Source: Eledone cirrhosa (lineage: Eukaryota). Taken from it: a DNA stretch of 64,000 bases. The notes under the pieces were generated by a model. The model ran no database searches, was not told the DNA's origin, and worked only from the letters and a program-made list of their open reading frames with translations. The position numbers and the translations under genes are program-made. Within the stretch, counting starts at the first letter, position 1. Every line of letters begins with the position of its first letter. This document shows positions 13,201 to 27,662 of this stretch, one piece after another. The stretch is from positions 341,620,001-341,684,000 of the forward strand of contig OZ024740.1 of the NCBI GenBank assembly GCA_964016885.1. Direction: 5' to 3'.

Positions 13201-16200
13201 TGATGGTGATAGTGATGATGCCTATTGTTGTCTAGTCTAACAGCCACTGGTGTTGATGGTGATAGTGATGATGCCTATTGTTGTCTAGTCTAACAGCCAC
13301 TGGTGTTGATGGTGATAGTGATGATGCCTATTGTTGTCTAGTCTAACAGCCACCGATGTTGATGGTGATAGTGATGATGCCTATTGTTGTCTAGTCTAAC
13401 AGCCACCAGTGTTGATGGTGATAGTGATGATGCCTATTGTTGTCTAGTCTAACAGCCACCGGTGTTGATGGTGATAGTGATGATGCCTATTGTTGTCTAG
13501 TCTAACAGCCACTGGTGTTGATGGTGATAGTGATGATGCCTATTGTTGTCTAGTCTAACAGCCACCGATGTTGATGGTGATAGTGATGATGCCTATTGTT
13601 GTCTAGTCTAACAGCCACTGGTGTTGATGGTGATAGTGATGATGCCTATTGTTGTCTAGTCTAACAGCCACTGGTGTTGATGGTGATAGTGATGATGCCT
13701 ATTGTTGTCTAGTCTAACAGCCACAGGTGTTGATGGTGATAGTGATGATGCCTATTGTTGTCTAGTCTAACAGCCACTGGTGTTGATGGTGATAGTGATG
13801 ATGCCTATTGCTGTCTAGTCTAACAGCCACAGGTGTTGATGGTGATAGTGATGATGCCTATTGCTGTCTAGTCTAACAGCCACCGATGTTGATGGTGATA
13901 GTGATGATGCCTATTGCTGTCTAGTCTAACAGCCACCGATGTTGATGGTGATAGTGATGATGCCTATTGCTGTCTAGTCTAACAGCCACAGGTGTTGATG
14001 GTGATAGTGATGATGCCTATTGTTGTCTAGTCTAACAGCCACTGGTGTTGATGGTGATAGTGATGATGCCTATTGCTGTCTAGTCTAACAGCCACTGGTG
14101 TTGATGGTGATAGTGATGATGCCTATTGTTGTCTAGTCTAACAGCCACTGGTGTTGATGGTGATAGTGATGATGCCTATTGCTGTCTAGTCTAACAGCCA
14201 CAGGTGTTGATGGTGATAGTGATGATGCCTATTGTTGTCTAGTCTAACAGCCACAGGTGTTGATGGTGATAGTGATGATGCCTATTGTTGTCTAGTCTAA
14301 CAGCCACAGGTGTTGATGGTGATAGTGATGATGCCTATTGTTGTCTAGTCTAACAGCCACAGGTGTTGATGGTGATAGTGATGATGCCTATTGCTGTCTA
14401 GTCTAACAGCCACTGGTGTTGATGGTGATAGTGATGATGCCTATTGTTGTCTAGTCTAACAGCCACAGATGTTGATGGTGATAGTGATGATGCCTATTGC
14501 TGTCTAGTCTAACAGCCACCGATGTTGATGGTGATAGTGATGATGCCTATTGTTGTCTAGTCTAACAGCCACCGATGTTGATGGTGATAGTGATGATGCC
14601 TATTGCTGTCTAGTCTAACAGCCACCGATGTTGATGGTGATAGTGATGATGCCTATTGTTGTCTAGTCTAACAGCCACCGATGTTGATGGTGATAGTGAT
14701 GATGCCTATTGCTGTCTAGTCTAACAGCCACCGATGTTGATGGTGATAGTGATGATGCCTATTGTTGTCTAGTCTAACAGCCACCGATGTTGATGGTGAT
14801 AGTGATGATGCCTATTGCTGTCTAGTCTAACAGCCACCGATGTTGATGGTGATAGTGATGATGCCTATTGCTGTCTAGTCTAACAGCCACTGGTGTTGAT
14901 GGTGATAGTGATGATGCCTATTGTTGTCTAGTCTAACAGCCACTGGTGTTGATGGTGATAGTGATGATGCCTATTGCTGTCTAGTCTAACAGCCACCGGT
15001 GTTGATGGTGATAGTGATGATGCCTATTGCTGTGTAGTCTAACAGCCACAGGTGTTGATGGTGATAGTGATGATGCCTATTGCTGTCTAGTCTAACAGCC
15101 ACCGGTGTTGATGGTGATAGTGATGATGCCTATTGTTGTCTAGTCTAACAGCCACCGGTGTTGATGGTGATAGTGATGATGCCTATTGCTGTCTAGTCTA
15201 ACAGCCACCGGTGTTGATGGTGATAGTGATGATGCCTATTGCTGTCTAGTCTAACAGCCACCGGTGTTGATGGTGATAGTGATGATGCCTATTGTTGTCT
15301 AGTCTAACAGCCACAGGTGTTGATGGTGATAGTGATGATGCCTATTGTTGTCTAGTCTAACAGCCACTGGTGTTGATGGTGATAGTGATGATGCCTATTG
15401 CTGTCTAGTCTAACAGCCACAGGTGTTGATGGTGATAGTGATGATGCCTATTGTTGTCTAGTCTAACAGCCACAGGTGTTGATGGTGATAGTGATGATGC
15501 CTATTGTTGTCTAGTCTAACAGCCACTGGTGTTGATGGTGATAGTGATGATGCCTATTGCTGTCTAGTCTAACAGCCACAGGTGTTGATGGTGATAGTGA
15601 TGATGCCTATTGTTGTCTAGTCTAACAGCCACAGGTGTTGATGGTGATAGTGATGATGCCTATTGTTGTCTAGTCTAACAGCCACTGGTGTTGATGGTGA
15701 TAGTGATGATGCCTATTGCTGTCTAGTCTAACAGCCACAGGTGTTGATGGTGATAGTGATGATGCCTATTGTTGTCTAGTCTAACAGCCACTGGTGTTGA
15801 TGGTGATAGTGATGATGCCTATTGCTGTCTAGTCTAACAGCCACCGGTGTTGATGGTGATAGTGATGATGCCTATTGCTGTGTAGTCTAACAGCCACTGG
15901 TGTTGATGGTGATAGTGATGATGCCTATTGCTGTCTAGTCTAACAGCCACCGGTGTTGATGGTGATAGTGATGATGCCTATTGCTGTCTAGTCTAACAGC
16001 CACCGGTGTTGATGGTGATAGTGATGATGCCTATTGCTGTCTAGTCTAACAGCCACCGGTGTTGATGGTGATAGTGATGATGCCTATTGCTGTCTAGTCT
16101 AACAGCCACAGGTGTTGATGGTGATAGTGATGATGCCTATATCTGTCTAGTCTAACAGGCACCGGTGTTGATGGTGATAGTGATGATGCCTATTGTTGTC

Positions 16201-19200
16201 TAGTCTAACAGCCACAGGTGTTGATGGTGATAGTGATGATGCCTATTGCTGTCTAGTCTAACAGCCACCGGTGTTGATGGTGATAGTGATGATGCCTATT
16301 GTTGTCTAGTCTAACAGCCACCGGTGTTGATGGTGATAGTGATGATGCCTATTGTTGTCTAGTCTAACAGCCACTGGTGTTGATGGTGATAGTGATGATG
16401 CCTATTGCTGTCTAGTCTAACAGCCACTGGTGTTGATGGTGATAGTGATGATGCCTATTGTTGTCTAGTCTAACAGCCACCGGTGTTGATGGTGATAGTG
16501 ATGATGCCTATTGCTGTCTAGTCTAACAGCCACCGGTGTTGATGGTGATAGTGATGATGCCTATTGTTGTCTAGTCTAACAGCCACAGGTGTTGATGGTG
16601 ATAGTGATGATGCCTATTGCTGTCTAGTCTAACAGCCACCGGTGTTGATGGTGATAGTGATGATGCCTATTGCTGTCTAGTCTAACAGCCACCGGTGTTG
16701 ATGGTGATAGTGATGATGCCTATTGCTGTCTAGTCTAACAGCCACCGGTGTTGATGGTGATAGTGATGATGCCTATTGCTGTCTAGTCTAACAGCCACCG
16801 GTGTTGATGGTGATAGTGATGATGCCTATTGTTGTCTAGTCTAACAGCCACAGGTGTTGATGGTGATAGTGATGATGCCTATTGCTGTCTAGTCTAACAG
16901 CCACCGGTGTTGATGGTGATAGTGATGATGCCTATTGTTGTCTAGTCTAACAGCCACAGGTGTTGATGGTGATAGTGATGATGCCTATTGCTGTCTAGTC
17001 TAACAGCCACCGGTGTTGATGGTGATAGTGATGATGCCTATTGTTGTCTAGTCTAACAGCCACAGGTGTTGATGGTGATAGTGATGATGCCTATTGTTGT
17101 CTAGTCTAACAGCCACTGGTGTTGATGGTGATAGTGATGATGCCTATTGCTGTCTAGTCTAACAGCCACTGGTGTTGATGGTGATAGTGATGATGCCTAT
17201 TGTTGTCTAGTCTAACAGCCACCGGTGTTGATGGTGATAGTGATGATGCCTATTGTTGTCTAGTCTAACAGCCACAGGTGTTGATGGTGATAGTGATGAT
17301 GCCTATTGTTGTCTAGTCTAACAGTCACTGGTGTTGATGGTGATAGTGATGATGCCTATTGTTGTCTAGTCTAACAGCCACCGGTGTTGATGGTGATAGT
17401 GATGATGCCTATTGTTGTCTAGTCTAACAGCCACAGGTGTTGATGGTGATAGTGATGATGCCTATTGTTGTCTAGTCTAACAGCCACCGGTGTTGATGGT
17501 GATAGTGATGATGCCTATTGTTGTCTAGTCTAACAGCCACCGGTGTTGATGGTGATAGTGATGATGCCTATTGCTGTCTAGTCTAACAGCCACCGGTGTT
17601 GATGGTGATAATGATGATGCCTATTGTTGTCTAGTCTAACAGCCACAGGTGTTGATGGTGATAGTGATGATGCCTATTGTTGTCTAGTCTAACAGCCACC
17701 GATGTTGATGGTGATAGTGATGATGCCTATTGCTGTCTAGTCTAACAGCCACCGGTGTTGATGGTGATAGTGATGATGCCTATTGCTGTCTAGTCTAACA
17801 GCCACCGGTGTTGATGGTGATAGTGATGATGCCTATTGCTGTCTAGTCTAACAGCCACTGGTGTTGATGGTGATAGTGATGATGCCTATTGTTGTCTAGT
17901 CTAACAGCCACTGGTGTTGATGGTGATAGTGATGATGCCTATTGCTGTCTAGTCTAACAGCCACAGGTGTTGATGGTGATAGTGATGATGCCTATTGCTG
18001 TCTAGTCTAACAGCCACAGGTGTTGATGGTGATAGTGATGATGCCTATTGCTGTCTAGTCTAACAGCCACAGGTGTTGATGGTGATAGTGATAATGCCTA
18101 TTGCTGTCTAGTCTAACAGCCACCGGTGTTGATGGTGATAGTGATGATGCCTATTGCTGTCTAGTCTAACAGCCACCGGTGTTGATGGTGATAGTGATGA
18201 TGCCTATTGTTGTCTAGTCTAACAGCCACAGGTGTTGATGGTGATAGTGATGATGCCTATTGCTGTCTAGTCTAACAGCCACTGGTGTTGATGGTGATAG
18301 TGATGATGCCTATTGCTGTCTAGTCTAACAGCCACTGGTGTTGATGGTGATAGTGATGATGCCTATTGCTGTCTAGTCTAACAGCCACTGGTGTTGATGG
18401 TGATAGTGATGATGCCTATTGTTATCTAGTCTAACAGCCACTGGTGTTGATGGTGATAGTGATGATGCCTATTGTTGTCTAGTCTAACAGCCACTGGTGT
18501 TGATGGTGATAGTGATGATGCCTATTGCTGTCTAGTCTAACAGCCACAGGTGTTGATGGTGATAGTGATGATGCCTATTGTTGTCTAGTCTAACAGCCAC
18601 TGGTGTTGATGGTGATAGTGATGATGCCTATTGCTGTCTAGTCTAACAGCCACTGGTGTTGATGGTGATAGTGATGATGCCTATTGCTGTCTAGTCTAAC
18701 AGCCACAGGTGTTGATGGTGATAGTGATGATGCCTATTGTTGTCTAGTCTAACAGCCACAGGTGTTGATGGTGATAGTGATGATGCCTATTGTTGTCTAG
18801 TCTAACAGCCACTGGTGTTGATGGTGATAGTGATGATGCCTATTGTTGTCTAGTCTAACAGCCACTGGTGTTGATGGTGATAGTGATGATGCCTATTGCT
18901 GTCTAGTCTAACAGCCACAGGTGTTGATGGTGATAGTGATGATGCCTATTGTTGTCTAGTCTAACAGCCACTGGTGTTGATGGTGATAGTGATGATGCCT
19001 ATTGTTGTCTAGTCTAACAGCCACTGGTGTTGATGGTGATAGTGATGATGCCTATTGCTGTCTAGTCTAACAGCCACAGGTGTTGATGGTGATAGTGATG
19101 ATGCCTATTGTTGTCTAGTCTAACAGCCACTGGTGTTGATGGTGATAGTGATGATGCCTATTGCTGTCTAGTCTAACAGCCACCGGTGTTGATGGTGATA

Positions 19201-20244
19201 GTGATGATGCCTATTGCTGTCTAGTCTAACAGCCACTGGTGTTGATGGTGATAGTGATGATGCCTATTGCTGTCTAGTCTAACAGCCACTGGTGTTGATG
19301 GTGATAGTGATGATGCCTATTGCTGTCTAGTCTAACAGCCACTGGTGTTGATGGTGATAGTGATGATGCCTATTGCTGTCTAGTCTAACAGCCACTGGTG
19401 TTGATGGTGATAGTGATGATGCCTATTGCTGTCTAGTCTAACAGCCACAGGTGTTGATGGTGATAGTGATGATGCCTATTGTTGTCTAGTCTAACAGCCA
19501 CTGGTGTTGATGGTGATAGTGATGATGCCTATTGCTGTCTAGTCTAACAGCCACAGGTGTTGATGGTGATAGTGATGATGCCTATTGCTGTCTAGTCTAA
19601 CAGCCACAGGTGTTGATGGTGATAGTGATGATGCCTATTGCTGTCTAGTCTAACAGCCACAGGTGTTGATGGTGATAGTGATGATGCCTATTGTTGTCTA
19701 GTCTAACAGCCACTGGTGTTGATGGTGATAGTGATGATGCCTATTGCTGTCTAGTCTAACAGCCACAGGTGTTGATGGTGATAGTGATGATGCCTATTGC
19801 TGTCTAGTCTAACAGCCACAGGTGTTGATGGTGATAGTGATGATGCCTATTGCTGTCTAGTCTAACAGCCACTGGTGTTGATGGTGATAGTGATGATGCC
19901 TATTGTTGTCTAGTCTAACAGCCACCAGTGTTGATGGTGATAGTGATGATGCCTATTGCTGTCTAGTCTAACAGCCACAGGTGTTGATGGTGATAGTGAT
20001 GATGCCTATTGTTGTCTAGTCTAACAGCCACTGGTGTTGATGGTGATAGTGATGATGCCTATTGCTGTCTAGTCTAACAGCCACCGATGTTGATGGTGAT
20101 AGTGATGATGCCTATTGCTGTCTAGTCTAACAGCCACTGGTGTTGATGGTGATAGTGATGATGCCTATTGCTGTCTAGTCTAACAGCCACAGGTGTTGAT
20201 GGTGATAGTGATGATGCCTATTGCTGTCTAGTCTAACAGCCACC
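10228..20244. repeat. 53-bp tandem minisatellite array, ~189 copies
   Basis: Unit is tgtctagtctaacagccacNgRtgttgatggtgatagtgatgatgcctattgY. Identical phase recurs at 10261, 13441, 16621 and 19801 (3180 = 60 x 53). Confidence 0.98.
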
Positions 20245-20587
20245 ACTAGAAAGACTACTTAACATTTTGCACCAGTGTTATCAGAATATTTGTATCACCT
20301 TTTGTTAAAGTATTTAAACTTGAACATCAACCTTTCCAAATACACACATCTATTACACACACAGTGGAGCACAACACACTCAGCAACAAACACAGATACA
20401 GACACACACAAATACACAACATATACATATATATATTCACACACACACACATGCACACCCTCGCCACCACACCACATATATACATACAACATAAACATAT
20501 GTGTACATAGTAAATACACACATCACACACATGTACAACACACACATACACACTAAATAGACACATGCAAATATACATATTAATGGA

Positions 20588-21604
20588 TCATCATCATCAT
20601 CATCGTTTAACATCCATCTTCTACGCTAGCATGGGTTAGACGGGAGTTGTCCCAATTTGAAGCAAGGTTGGTCGGGTGACTGTGTCTCGCTAATATAGGA
20701 CTATCTGGCAGGTTTTCAATGGATGGATGCCCTTCCTAACACCAACCACATTTACAGTGTGAACTGGGAGGTTTTTACCGTGTTACCTACACAGCCACAT
20801 TACAGCGTGGACTGTGTGTTTTTTTGTCTTGACACCTACATGACCTCCTTAGTTTGGACTGGATGTTGTGGTACCAACATAACTTTACAAAGAAAGGGTG
20901 GTGTTGGTGGGAGTAAGAGGATGGAGTAGGGGTGTATATTTGGTTAAGAGGTACCTACTGACTGTAGGTTTCGCTTTGCACTTAGGCAAGGCGGGTCTTC
21001 TGTATTACTGTGTAGCGCCAAAGATCTCGGTCCAGTGACATCGTCTTAGAGAGGTGCAAGTGTGTAAGGTCAGAATTTATCAAATCGTCCCAGGATTTTC
21101 TGGGTCTACCTACTCCGTAACTTCCATCAATTTTGATCGCCCTGCACTTTTTTATGCAGCTGTCATCTTTCATGTGCATCATGTGACCATACCAACGTAG
21201 TCTTCTCTTAAGTAAACAGCATCTGATCCCTCTAACTCCTAATTTCTCACTTACTTCATTTATGTTTTGCCGTTTGCGTATATTACTATTACACATCCAA
21301 CAGAGCATGTATTCTTCATTCCTTTCCAGTCTGTGCAGGTCCTCTGCACACAACGCCCATGTCTCACTGCCATGTAGCATTGCTGTTCATATACAGGCAT
21401 CATACAATCTGCCTTTCATTTTTAGAGAGAAACCTTTTGCGGCCAACAGTGGTATAAGCTCTCTGTACTCTTTCCATCCCGTTCTGACTCTGGCTATTGT
21501 ACTTTCAGAGCACCCTCCACCACTGCTGATTTTGTCACCCAGGTAACGGAAAGTGTCCATTATTTCTATAGAACCATCTGGGCAATAGAAGGAGCTAGTA
21601 TCCT
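20588..21604 (-). mobile_element. RTE LINE 3' part, interrupted by a CR1 insertion
   Basis: ORF 20982-21380 (MLHGSETW..LRWYGH..GRPRKSW) is homologous to the other RTE copies, with a (CAT)n tail at 20588. It resumes at 24709. Confidence 0.9.
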
Positions 21605-24600
21605 AATAATAATAATAATGAAATTATTGTGTACAGTGCTCAGGTGCATTACAACTCGTCAAAGGTGCATGTATAGTGCATAGAATAATATACAAATGTC
21701 AGGGAAGTGAATAGTGTACGAGTCATGAAATACATGTGTGCTTGTGTATGGAGGGGGGACATCAGGTGTTGTGTTGGCGAATCTCAGGAAGCATGGAGGT
21801 TTTAAAGGATGCAGTGTTTCGACAGCTAACAACTGATGCAAGTAGTTTGTTCCATGCTTCAGCAACTCTGAGCGTGAAAAAATGTTTCCGAAAGTCATGG
21901 GAACTGTGCTGTTTTCTGACTTTGTGGGCATACCCACGTGTGTTAGACACATGGAAATCAAAAAGGTACTCAGGGTTGTTGTTGGCAAGATGGTTAATAA
22001 TTTTGTGGGTGTTTACCAATTCAGTTGCCAGACGTCGGAGCTTCAATGTATCCATGCGCAGGGAAGCAAGGCGTTCAGAGTATCGTAGATGCCTGATGGA
22101 AGGTATTCGCTTGGTTGCACGTCTCTGAACAGTTTCCAGGCGGTCAATGTTCTGAGCAAGATAGGGGTTCCAGACTGGTGATGGAAATTCTAAGTGTGGC
22201 CGCACCATAGCTATATACAGCTTTAAATAGTTAGCTGGAGAGCGGCTGACAAAGGTCTTGCTGAGTGATGCTAAGACATCCTCGGCCTTCTTGGCAATTT
22301 TAGAGACATGCTTCGTCCAATGCAAATCGCTACTGACCGTAATGCCTAGGTCATGCTCACAAGAAGACTTCTTGATATTAGTGTTGTGGAGGGAGTATGT
22401 GGATGCTGGGTTTTTACTCCCAAAATGCATGGTGGTACACTTGTCAACAGCTACCTTGAGATGCCAGTCTGTGATCCATTGTTGCAATGTGTCCAGGTCA
22501 GATTGCAGGAAAAATATATAATGTTCAGGATCTGTCCTTTTATCTCAAGGTACAGCTTGATGTCATCTGCATATTTCAGTACTGTGGCATTCTTTAAGTT
22601 GGCATCTATGTCATTAATATATGCCACAAACAAAAGGGGGCCAAGAACAGATCCCTGTGGTACACCAGATGACATCTCATATGGTGAGGAATGCTGTCCT
22701 AGAACCGTGACTACCTCTCTTCGACTGAGAATGAAGGACTTCAACAAGTTAAAAAGATCATCTTTCATACCCATTGCAGAGAGTTTTGCCATAAGTCTTT
22801 TGTGTGGCACAGAATTGAAAGCTTTAGCAAAGTCAAGGTAAACAACATCCATCCGTGATCCGGGTGATGTCTTCAAGAAACTCGATAAGTTGATCACAGC
22901 AGCTGGAGTTAGAGATAAATCAAAATTGCGAGGGCCGGATAAGACTGTGAGAGTTCCAGAAGTTCCAAAGCGTTTCTCTGACACAGGATTCCATCAGTTT
23001 TGCAATGCAGCTAGTAAGACTGACTGGACGATAGTTGACAGGTGATGTGCGGTCACCCTTTTTGAACAGAGGAATAACACTGGCAGTTTTCAACTGTTCT
23101 GGAGTAGCACCGTTATTCAGACAGAATTGGAAGAAGCGTGATAGCTGGTGCAGAAGGAAGTACCCACCACGTTTGAGAAGCAGGTACGTAACACCATCAA
23201 GAGAAGGAGAGGTATGGTTGCTTTTATTTTTAAGGTGACGTCACAGCATTGCCGGTGTAAATTCCATAGTCGTAATAGTATCTGATGTCAGAGGTGGTGG
23301 AGATGGTACACTCTGGTCTTCAATAGTGAAAATGCCTGCATAGCATTCAGCAATGAGTTCTGCGCATTCCTTGGGGTCGTCAGTAACCTGGCTTGTGTGG
23401 GGATTGCGAAGAAGACCAGCTTGAGAGTGAGGCCTCTGCTTTGAGTGAACATACTTCCAGAACACCTTACTGTCAGGGCTGGTTGCTATGCGCTGCTCAA
23501 ATTGAAGCACTGCCTTTTTTGTCACCTGTTTGAGATGGTTGGATGATTTATTTCGCTTCTTCCTATTGATATCTGATTTATGCAGTTTGTACCCACGTTC
23601 AGCATTACAACGTTCTTTTCTGGCAAGATGGACTGCTGCAGTCTCCCAAATTGCAATTTTAGGATGTTTTTTCTGCTTACGTGGCACCAATACTGCACAT
23701 GCTGTCCATATTGAGCTCAGGATGTTCTGGAGTACTGTGTTGACATCTCCAGAGTCGTAGAACTCAAGCCAGTTTGGACGTTGCAACTCAGTGCAGTAAC
23801 AGTTACAGTCTGCTTTATTCCAGTCAAAGTGAGCAGTTTGGAGATGGTTGTGGTTTTTGTTACTGCCCAATGAGGGATAGATTGGCAATGATCATAGCAT
23901 GATCAGAGTCACCTAAAGGTTCCTCAGTAGTAATACTAATAACCATTTCAGGAGTAGTGGTGAAGAGTAGGTCCAAGGTGTTGTCACCTCTTGTTGGGGA
24001 GGGGACTACTTAGGACCAGTTCGAGTCCAGTACTAGCTCAAGGAAGTCATTTGCACATTGCGGCCAACGAAAGGTTTCCCAGTCAATCTCAGGGTGATTG
24101 AAGTCCCCTGCAATAAAAACATAAGTGGCTGTTTGCCTGTCAACAACTCTGAGGATATCACAAAGTTGAGTGTCCTGATGGTAATTTTGAGGACGGTAAA
24201 CAACTCCAAGTAGCAGTGTTGACATGGTCATACGTATATCGCAGAAAAATACCTCTTGTTGCGATTGGTTCAAATAAACACAAGGAATTGCCGAAAAATT
24301 TGACCGAACGTAGACCATTACACCACCACCACCACGATTAATGCGGTCTTTACGAAACAAGTTGTAGCCAGTTATGCTGAAAACCCCATCACAAAGTAAG
24401 GAATGTGCCCATATTTCCGTGACTGTAATGAAGTCAGGGTTGATACTTTTGACGTAGGAGTTAAAAAGATGTATCTTATTGCATAGACTACGTGCATTCA
24501 AGGACAACAATTTGTACCTTGATTCCAGTCTATGATTATGTGCAGGGGATGGCAGGTTGTTCTGATTTAGTTTCCCAGAGTTTTTTCAGTTTTTTTATTG

Positions 24601-24708
24601 TCAGTTGTTGCAGGTACAGTGTTTTCAGAACAGCTGGTATCTCTTTTCCATGTTTCACCAGCCTTAATAAACTTCCATATCTGCCCATCATCACATTGGC
24701 TGAAGCTG
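21605..24708 (-). mobile_element. CR1/Jockey-group LINE (endonuclease + RT, disrupted), (ATT)n tail
   Basis: APE motifs NARSL, VTE, RKDR..GGGV, YRP and GDFN (24010-24510). RT motifs DFAKAF, GVPQGSVLGP and YADD (22451-22984). C-terminus RPHLE..VWNP..QRRATK..RKHFF..RV..WN (21762-22487). Confidence 0.92.
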
Positions 24709-24831
24709 TGGGCACTTGCTACTTATTGCACCTGAGCATCGATCACATATAAAATCTACGCTCTGAGATAGTTTACCTGTGATCCCACTACATCTTTTAT
24801 GTACCCATAGTTTGCATTTGGGACATAAAAT
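24709..24831 (-). mobile_element. Upstream remainder of the interrupted RTE (PHD-finger region)
   Basis: Encodes ILCPKCKLWVHKRCSGITGKL..ICDRCSG, contiguous with the sequence ending at 21604. Confidence 0.88.
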
Positions 24832-26832
24832 GGATATATATATATATATACACACCATACACACATGTACACATGTACACACACCCTACACACTCATATA
24901 TCACACATATACAAACATGCATATATGTGAATTTACTGATACATCAATGTTTGAGTTTTTTCATCAGTAGCTTAACTTCTGGTTCTACAATAAAAGGCTG
25001 TTAATTTTGAAGTGTAAGAACCATAATTTAAGTTGTGTCAAACACCAACTTAATAATAAGAAAGTTAGTTATATTTCTAAATCACTCAAAATTCTTTATT
25101 ATTTTCAAACATTTTTGAAAATCATTGTCCAACCCTTGCAAGCAGGGAAAAGCGGATGTAAAATGATGATAATGATGATTGGCAATAACTTTTATTATAA
25201 TATAAATATAATAATGAAAGGGTTGAATTTATTTGTCATACTTAGTATGAGGAGAAAACACAATGCCCTGAAACTCACACTGATCTGCCTAAACTTTAAT
25301 ATAGTATCTTATATATGATGTTGTGTAGGCCAGGTCAGCGCTATTCTAAACAACTCTAAATTTGATCAAAGGAATTATATCTGTAGCCACCCTTTCTTTT
25401 TACATGAATGTAGAACTACATTATAAATGTAGCATGGCCAAATGGTTAAGACATTTTTATACAACCATGAGGTTTTAAGCTTAATCCCACTGTGTGACAT
25501 CTTTGGCATATGTCTTTTACCATAGCCTTAGGTTCATACAAACCTCATGAGTGAAACTGGATTGATAGAGACTGCTTCAAAGTCCAATGAATGGACTGTA
25601 CTTATAATTTGAATAGCTAATCTTGTCACAAACTTTGTCATGCTGAATCTGCCTGAGAATTACAGCAAAGGTTTGCAAATCTTTGAAATACTCACCCACT
25701 TATACATTAATTTAACAAAGTAGACTATGCCATTGGTCACACTGATTGAGCATTCATCATTGAAACTGATTTAGGTCCATTTAATTTGATACAACTACAT
25801 TATCTAATGAATCCTTTCCTAATTTAAGATAGTAGGGTGTGGTTTGAGAGTGATTTTGCTACTATTTTTAGAAGGTCTATTGACCCCATAGATACTCACT
25901 TGTTGGTTTTAGTGTCTCATGTACAGAACTTCAACCTTTTAGTGTCATCATCATCATCATCATCACCATCGTTTAACGTCTATTTTTCCACACTTGCATG
26001 GGTTATAACTTTATTAAGAAATGCATCTTGTCCCAATTTATAATGGTAGGATATGATTTGAGGAACATTAGGCTGCTATTTCTAGCATGTCCAGTCACTC
26101 CATCAATTCTCCCTCATTAGTTTCAAACCCTTATGTATAGAAAGAATCCAGTAAAATTAGCAATATAACGCATTCACGTCACACAAACAAATATATTTGT
26201 TTGAAAAAAATGGAAGTGTTACATATATTAAAGAAAGGTTACCAAAGATATATAGCTGATAGAGCCATTTTCTTTTTCCTAAAGGCTAGGCAGAAGAAAG
26301 ATTTTGGTTGAAGAAATTAGTCTAGGAATCTGTGATTTGTTGAAACAAAAGGCCAATGTTTCTCGTTATTTCACTAAACACTAGTTCTATTTTATAAAGC
26401 TAAAAATAACATCTAAATTCCATTCTGACTGTTATACTAATATACTGTTCAAATCTTTGGTTGTAGAATCTTCAAGATAATTGGTTAGATAGTGTGAAAG
26501 AGAAAGTTTGAGTGAGTCTTACATTGATTGAGACAAACACACACTAACTTGCTTGATACTTTCCAAGAAAATTGAGAAATTTAAAACAACAGTGATATCT
26601 AAATGGGTATAGAACTCCTGAAAGTATTAGGTTCTAATTAAGATCACCCTGTTTACTGTTAGCTTGTTTGTAGGTTGTGGATGATATCCTTGTTATATGA
26701 AAATATATGGTTTAATGGTTTATAAATCTGCTACATACACATGTATGCTATACTTTTATATATACAGGCATACATGTGTGTGTGCATGTGTTTATATATA
26801 TATATATACATACACACCATACATACAAAAAC

Positions 26833-26885
<53 letters not shown>

Positions 26886-26888
<3 letters not shown>

Positions 26889-27582
26889 TCATCATTACCA
26901 TTTTACATCCATTCTTCCATTCTAGCATGGGTTAGACGAGTTGTCCTGTTGTGGGCAATGCCAGGTCAGGTGACTATGTCTTGCTCATACAGAACTAATT
27001 TTGGCTTGATTTCTACAGCTGGATGCCCTTCCTAACACCAACCTCATTTACAGTGAGTACTGGGTGCTTTTTACCGTGGTGCCTACACAACCTCTTTACA
27101 GTATGGACTTGGCATGCAATTGGGCAAGATCAGCTTTTATCACCTCATCCCAGGTCTTCTTGGGTCTCCTCATTCCAAGGCTTCCATTGACTTTTAGCGC
27201 TCTACACATTTTTATGCAGCACTCATCCTTCATACACATCACATGTCCATACCAACGTAATCTCCTTTCCTGCACACAGCATTTGATTCCTCTTATACCT
27301 AGTCTCCCGTAATTCGTTTATGCTTTGCCATTCACATATATTACTATTACACATCCATCAGAGCATGCAAGCTTCGTTTATTTCTAATCTATGCAAGTCT
27401 TCTTTACACAACGCCCAGGTCTCACTACTATGCAACATTGCTGTTCATATGTACACATCATACAGTCTGCCTTTCATTTTGAGGGAAAAGCCTTTTGCAG
27501 TGGCAGTAGCTCTCTGAACTTTTTCCATCCTGTTCTTACCCTGGTTACTGTACTTTCAGAACACCCACCTCCACTGCTAATT
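26886..27582 (-). mobile_element. Older RTE 3' fragment
   Basis: (CAT)n tail and 3' UTR, then sequence homologous to the GGGCSESTV..LRWYGHV region. Confidence 0.8.
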
Positions 27583-27609
27583 CGGATATATATATATATA
27601 TATATGCAT

Positions 27610-27662
27610 GAAAAAATTCAGGGCCCCCGACGACTGAGCTCCACCAGCCGTTTCAACAGCTA
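27610..27662 (-). mobile_element. Single arm of the 38873/39092 hammerhead-element family
   Basis: cagggccc..gacgactgagctcc..gccgtttcaacagcta matches 38886-38925 and 39101-39140. Confidence 0.5.

Noticed and set aside
10228-20244. CRISPR array or coding repeat
   Set aside because: There are no unique spacers, no cas genes, and the context is eukaryotic. The 53-bp unit is not a multiple of 3 and carries stop codons.
10228-20244. Tandem C/D snoRNA or hammerhead array (GTGATGA in each unit)
   Set aside because: The unit has no CTGA box D and no GAAA. TGATGA derives from the GAT-rich tract.
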